Shown here: in pieces, positions 38,998-42,187 of the stretch | Position numbering within the stretch: position 1 is the stretch's first letter | Layout: every line of letters starts with the position of its first letter | From: Puniceicoccales bacterium | GTDB lineage: Bacteria; Verrucomicrobiota; Verrucomicrobiia; Opitutales; JAIRLG01 | Assembly: GCA_031279255.1 (NCBI GenBank) | Contig: JAITIW010000048.1 | Coordinates: forward strand, 1 to 42,187 | Length of the DNA stretch: 42,187 nt | Reading direction: 5' to 3' | The notes under the pieces: generated by a model | Told to the model about the DNA's origin: nothing | The model's input: the letters and a program-made list of their open reading frames with translations, nothing else | The model's database searches: none | Position numbers and translations under genes: made by a program

Positions 38998-39075
38998 AAA
39001 TAGTTTCCAAAGCTTTCCATATCCGAAACTCGATGGAGAATCGAGTGCGTTAAATATAAAGATTGATGATCCATT

Positions 39076-39453
39076 ATGCCGCGTCTTTTAGGTGTCGATG
39101 TTCCAGATAATAAACATATCGCTTATGCCTTGCGCTATGTCTATGGTATTGGCCCGAGACGTGCGGATAAAATTGTGGAGCGCTTGGGTATAGATCCGAT
39201 GATGCGCTCGCAACAGCTCAACGAGGAGCATATCAGTCGTATTGTCTCCATCGTATCAGAAGAAGGTTGGAAAGTGGAAGGTGATTTGCGCCGTGAGGTC
39301 ATTGGTAATTTAAAGCGACTTCAGGCGATTCGTTGCTATCGCGGGATACGCCATTTGCGTGGTTTGCCCGTTCGAGGGCAACGGACATCGACCAATGCTC
39401 GTACCCGAAAGGGCTCGCGGAAGACAGTGGGAGTTGTGAGAAAGGCGAAGTGA
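39076..39453 (+). CDS. rpsM: 30S ribosomal protein S13
   Basis: [27 protein letters not shown]. Confidence 0.99.
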   Translation: MPRLLGVDVPDNKHIAYALRYVYGIGPRRADKIVERLGIDPMMRSQQLNEEHISRIVSIVSEEGWKVEGDLRREVIGNLKRLQAIRCYRGIRHLRGLPVRGQRTSTNARTRKGSRKTVGVVRKAK

Positions 39454-39484
39454 GGATACATATGTTTTTTAAACATTTAAAGTC

Positions 39485-39979
39485 ATGACGGAATCGGAGC
39501 AAAAGGAAAAGGTAGAGGAAATTGCCCACGAAGTTCCTGCGGAATCCAAAGCGGAATCGCCGTCAGCGGCCGAGATTTTGGACGAGGAGTTACTAAATGG
39601 CGTTAAGGTACGCCGTGCGAAGAAGAGTAAGAATATATCGTATGGAATCTGTTCCATTTTGGCCACTTTTAATAATACAAAAGTTGTGTTTACCGATCAG
39701 CGTGGGAATGCTATTTCGTGGTCGAGTTCCGGTAAATGTAATTTTCGAGGTTCCCGTAAATCAACCGCCTATGCGGCTCAGATGGTGACGCAGGATGCGG
39801 GCAGAGTGGCTTTGTCGCACGGCATGAAGGAGGTTGATGTGCATGTAAAAGGTCCGGGCATGGGACGTGATGCTGCTATTCGAACCTTGCAGACATTAGG
39901 GCTTGTGGTACATACCATCGTCGATACAACGCCCGTGCCACACAATGGATGCCGTCCTCGTAAACGTCGTCGTATTTAA
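39485..39979 (+). CDS. rpsK: 30S ribosomal protein S11 (acidic N-terminal extension)
   Basis: [25 protein letters not shown]. Confidence 0.99.
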   Translation: MTESEQKEKVEEIAHEVPAESKAESPSAAEILDEELLNGVKVRRAKKSKNISYGICSILATFNNTKVVFTDQRGNAISWSSSGKCNFRGSRKSTAYAAQMVTQDAGRVALSHGMKEVDVHVKGPGMGRDAAIRTLQTLGLVVHTIVDTTPVPHNGCRPRKRRRI

Positions 39980-39996
39980 TATTGTAGAAAAATTTT

Positions 39997-40605
39997 ATGT
40001 CTCGTTATACCGGACCTAAGGCCAGAATTAATCGCCGATTTTCACATGATATCTTTCCGGCTTGCAAAGCGACTGAGCGTAAGCCATATTGTCCTGGGCA
40101 ACACGGCCCGCGCCTACGTCGTCGCAATTCCGATTACGCACTAGGGCTCAATGAAAAGCAAAAATTGCGCTATCTTTATGGTCTGACCGAGAAGCAATTC
40201 CGTTTAGTTTTTGAGCGCGCGAAAAAGGAACGTGGCATTGTCGGCGAGATTTTTTTGCGTTCTTTGGAAATGCGCCTGGACAGTATTGTTTATCTGTTAG
40301 GATTGGCACGTACACGTCGTTCGGCGCGTCAGTTTGTGACTCATGGTCATGTCATGGTGGATCACGTAAGGGTCGACATTCCGAGCTTCATATGTAAACC
40401 CGGCCATTGTGTAGAGGTCGTCAATCGAACCGCATCGAAGCGCCTCCTTTCGCAACATGTGGAGGATACGCGTTATCGCAATCCACCGGCTTGGTTGTCG
40501 TTCAATGCCGATTTACTGAAGGGTCAGATTGATCGCGTTCCAGCTCGTGAAGAGATGACGCAGGAGATCAAGGAACAATTAATTGTTGAATTTTACAGTC
40601 GTTAG
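39997..40605 (+). CDS. rpsD: 30S ribosomal protein S4
   Basis: [26 protein letters not shown]. Confidence 0.99.
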   Translation: MSRYTGPKARINRRFSHDIFPACKATERKPYCPGQHGPRLRRRNSDYALGLNEKQKLRYLYGLTEKQFRLVFERAKKERGIVGEIFLRSLEMRLDSIVYLLGLARTRRSARQFVTHGHVMVDHVRVDIPSFICKPGHCVEVVNRTASKRLLSQHVEDTRYRNPPAWLSFNADLLKGQIDRVPAREEMTQEIKEQLIVEFYSR

Positions 40606-40642
40606 GTTTTCAAATGTCTCATTTGGCAGAAGATTAAGGTTT

Positions 40643-41641
40643 ATGGTAAAGCGTTTAGGAGAGTTAAAATTGCCTCAAGGATTGGTGAAGGATGAAGCAT
40701 CGGCATCTCCCACATTTGGGAGATTTATTGCGGAGCCATTTGAATCAGGGTTCGGTCATAGCTTGGGCAATACCTTGCGACGCGTATTATTAGGTGCTAT
40801 TGAAGGCGCAGCGATTACCTGTGTGCGCATTCAGGGAGTGGATCATGAATTTCAGAGCGTCGAGGGAGTGGTGGAAGACGTTACGGAGATTATTTTGAAT
40901 TTAAAGAAGGTTATCTTCAAACATGCTTCCCGTCAGACAGCATGGCTAAAATTGGACGTCGAGCGGGAAGGTGCCGTGATGGCTCAGGATATTAGCTGTA
41001 CCGGTGGTTTTGAAGTGGTAAATCCTTCTCATGTGATTTGTCATCTTAATTCCAAGCGTCGGTTCCAAATGGATTTGGAATTGAAAGTAGGCCGAGCTTA
41101 TGCCTTGGCCAGTGCTTACAAAAAGGAGCCAGAGGAGATCGGCCTTGTTCCCATCGATGCTCTTTTTAGTCCGGTCCGGCTTGTGCGTTATTATGTGGAG
41201 GATACCCGAGTGGGACAGATGACGAATTTCGATCGTCTCATATTGGAGATCGAGACCGATGGGCGTATTTCACCAGATGAGGCGCTGAAGGAAGCGGTTG
41301 TTGTGCTGCAGCGCCATTTGAATGTTTTTGATGAGGTTCATCCATCCGAAATGGAGTTTGACGATGACATTCAAGAGGTGAACGAGGAACAGAATCGTCT
41401 CAAAGTTCTCTTGAATATGAGTGTCAACGAGATCGAGTTGTCCGTTCGTGCAGCGAATTGTCTCAATAATGCCAATATCACGACGGTGGGAGAATTGGCC
41501 TCGAAATCGGAAGCCGAGATGCTGAAATACCGCAATTTTGGCAAAAAATCCCTCAATGAGATTCGCCTCAAGCTCGAAGAATTGGGACTCTCTCTGGGCT
41601 CCAGGATTGATGATCGTCTTTTGGAAAAGCGTTCTCTGTAA
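40643..41641 (+). CDS. rpoA: RNA polymerase alpha subunit
   Basis: EPFE.GFG..LGN.LRRVLL, LSVRAANCL, NFGKKSL.EI; start at ATG 40643. Confidence 0.99.
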   Translation: MVKRLGELKLPQGLVKDEASASPTFGRFIAEPFESGFGHSLGNTLRRVLLGAIEGAAITCVRIQGVDHEFQSVEGVVEDVTEIILNLKKVIFKHASRQTAWLKLDVEREGAVMAQDISCTGGFEVVNPSHVICHLNSKRRFQMDLELKVGRAYALASAYKKEPEEIGLVPIDALFSPVRLVRYYVEDTRVGQMTNFDRLILEIETDGRISPDEALKEAVVVLQRHLNVFDEVHPSEMEFDDDIQEVNEEQNRLKVLLNMSVNEIELSVRAANCLNNANITTVGELASKSEAEMLKYRNFGKKSLNEIRLKLEELGLSLGSRIDDRLLEKRSL

Positions 41642-41659
41642 CCCTCAAAAAATTTTCAC

Positions 41660-42187
41660 ATGCGTCACGGATTGCATAGGCATTTATTGGGAAGGACGAA
41701 GGAACATCGCATAGCATTGATGTCGAATTTAGCAGCGGCGTTGTTTCATCACGGTCGGATCGAAACGACATTGGCAAAGGCAAAGGCATTACGTCCTTTC
41801 GCCGAAAAAATCATCACGTTAGCCAAGAAAGCTCAAGCGGCAGAAGTTTCCGCTGATCGGGTTCATTTTCGTCGTTTAGCGGTTACACAGGTTCATGATG
41901 AGGCAGCGGTCAAACAGCTCTTTACGGAACGCGTGTCGGAATTTGTGAATCGCAATGGCGGTTATACGCGTATTTATAAACTAGCTCCACGCCGTGGTGA
42001 TGCGGCCAAGTTAGCGATCATCGAGCTGATCTCCGGCGATGACAAGGGCTATAAGAAATCGCGCCGTACGGCCAAGCGGAAACCATCATCGGCTCAGGCT
42101 TTACCGACTGCCGAGCCACTAACCGAAGATAAGGAATTGATAGCTGAAGATAAGGGCGATATCCTGATGGTGGCGACAGATGCTCCG
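41660..42187 (+). CDS. rplQ: 50S ribosomal protein L17 (C-terminally extended; truncated by window end; absent from ORF track)
   Basis: Manual translation MRHGLHRHLLGRTKEHR..I.TTLAKAKALR..RNGGYTRI..RRGDAA; no stop before the window end. Confidence 0.97.
   Translation, partial: MRHGLHRHLLGRTKEHRIALMSNLAAALFHHGRIETTLAKAKALRPFAEKIITLAKKAQAAEVSADRVHFRRLAVTQVHDEAAVKQLFTERVSEFVNRNGGYTRIYKLAPRRGDAAKLAIIELISGDDKGYKKSRRTAKRKPSSAQALPTAEPLTEDKELIAEDKGDILMVATDAP

Overview
Bacterial chromosomal window, most likely Verrucomicrobiota (Opitutales/Puniceicoccales-like, probably host-associated). This is inferred from the EF-Tu switch-I indel, the EF-G N-terminus and gene order; standard code 11. From 11.8 kb to the end is the core cluster tRNA-Thr, tuf, tRNA-Trp, secE, nusG, rplKAJL, rpoBC, then str, S10, spc and alpha operons (rplQ runs off the end). 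The first 11.7 kb is accessory: two tRNAs, an AAA+/DUF4143 ATPase-nuclease preceded by a 32-bp tandem array, an outer-membrane protein gene frameshifted by a 19-bp duplication, a secreted orphan, a TagF-like transferase with an apparent signal peptide, a PPi-dependent PEP carboxykinase and a 145-bp IS5-derived miniature element. This block is bracketed by a 125-bp inverted duplication and appears to have the opposite GC skew. The most striking non-coding signal is a four-copy family of 83-102 bp cloverleaf (four-way junction) elements showing compensatory base changes. All calls are from reading the sequence; no searches were run.
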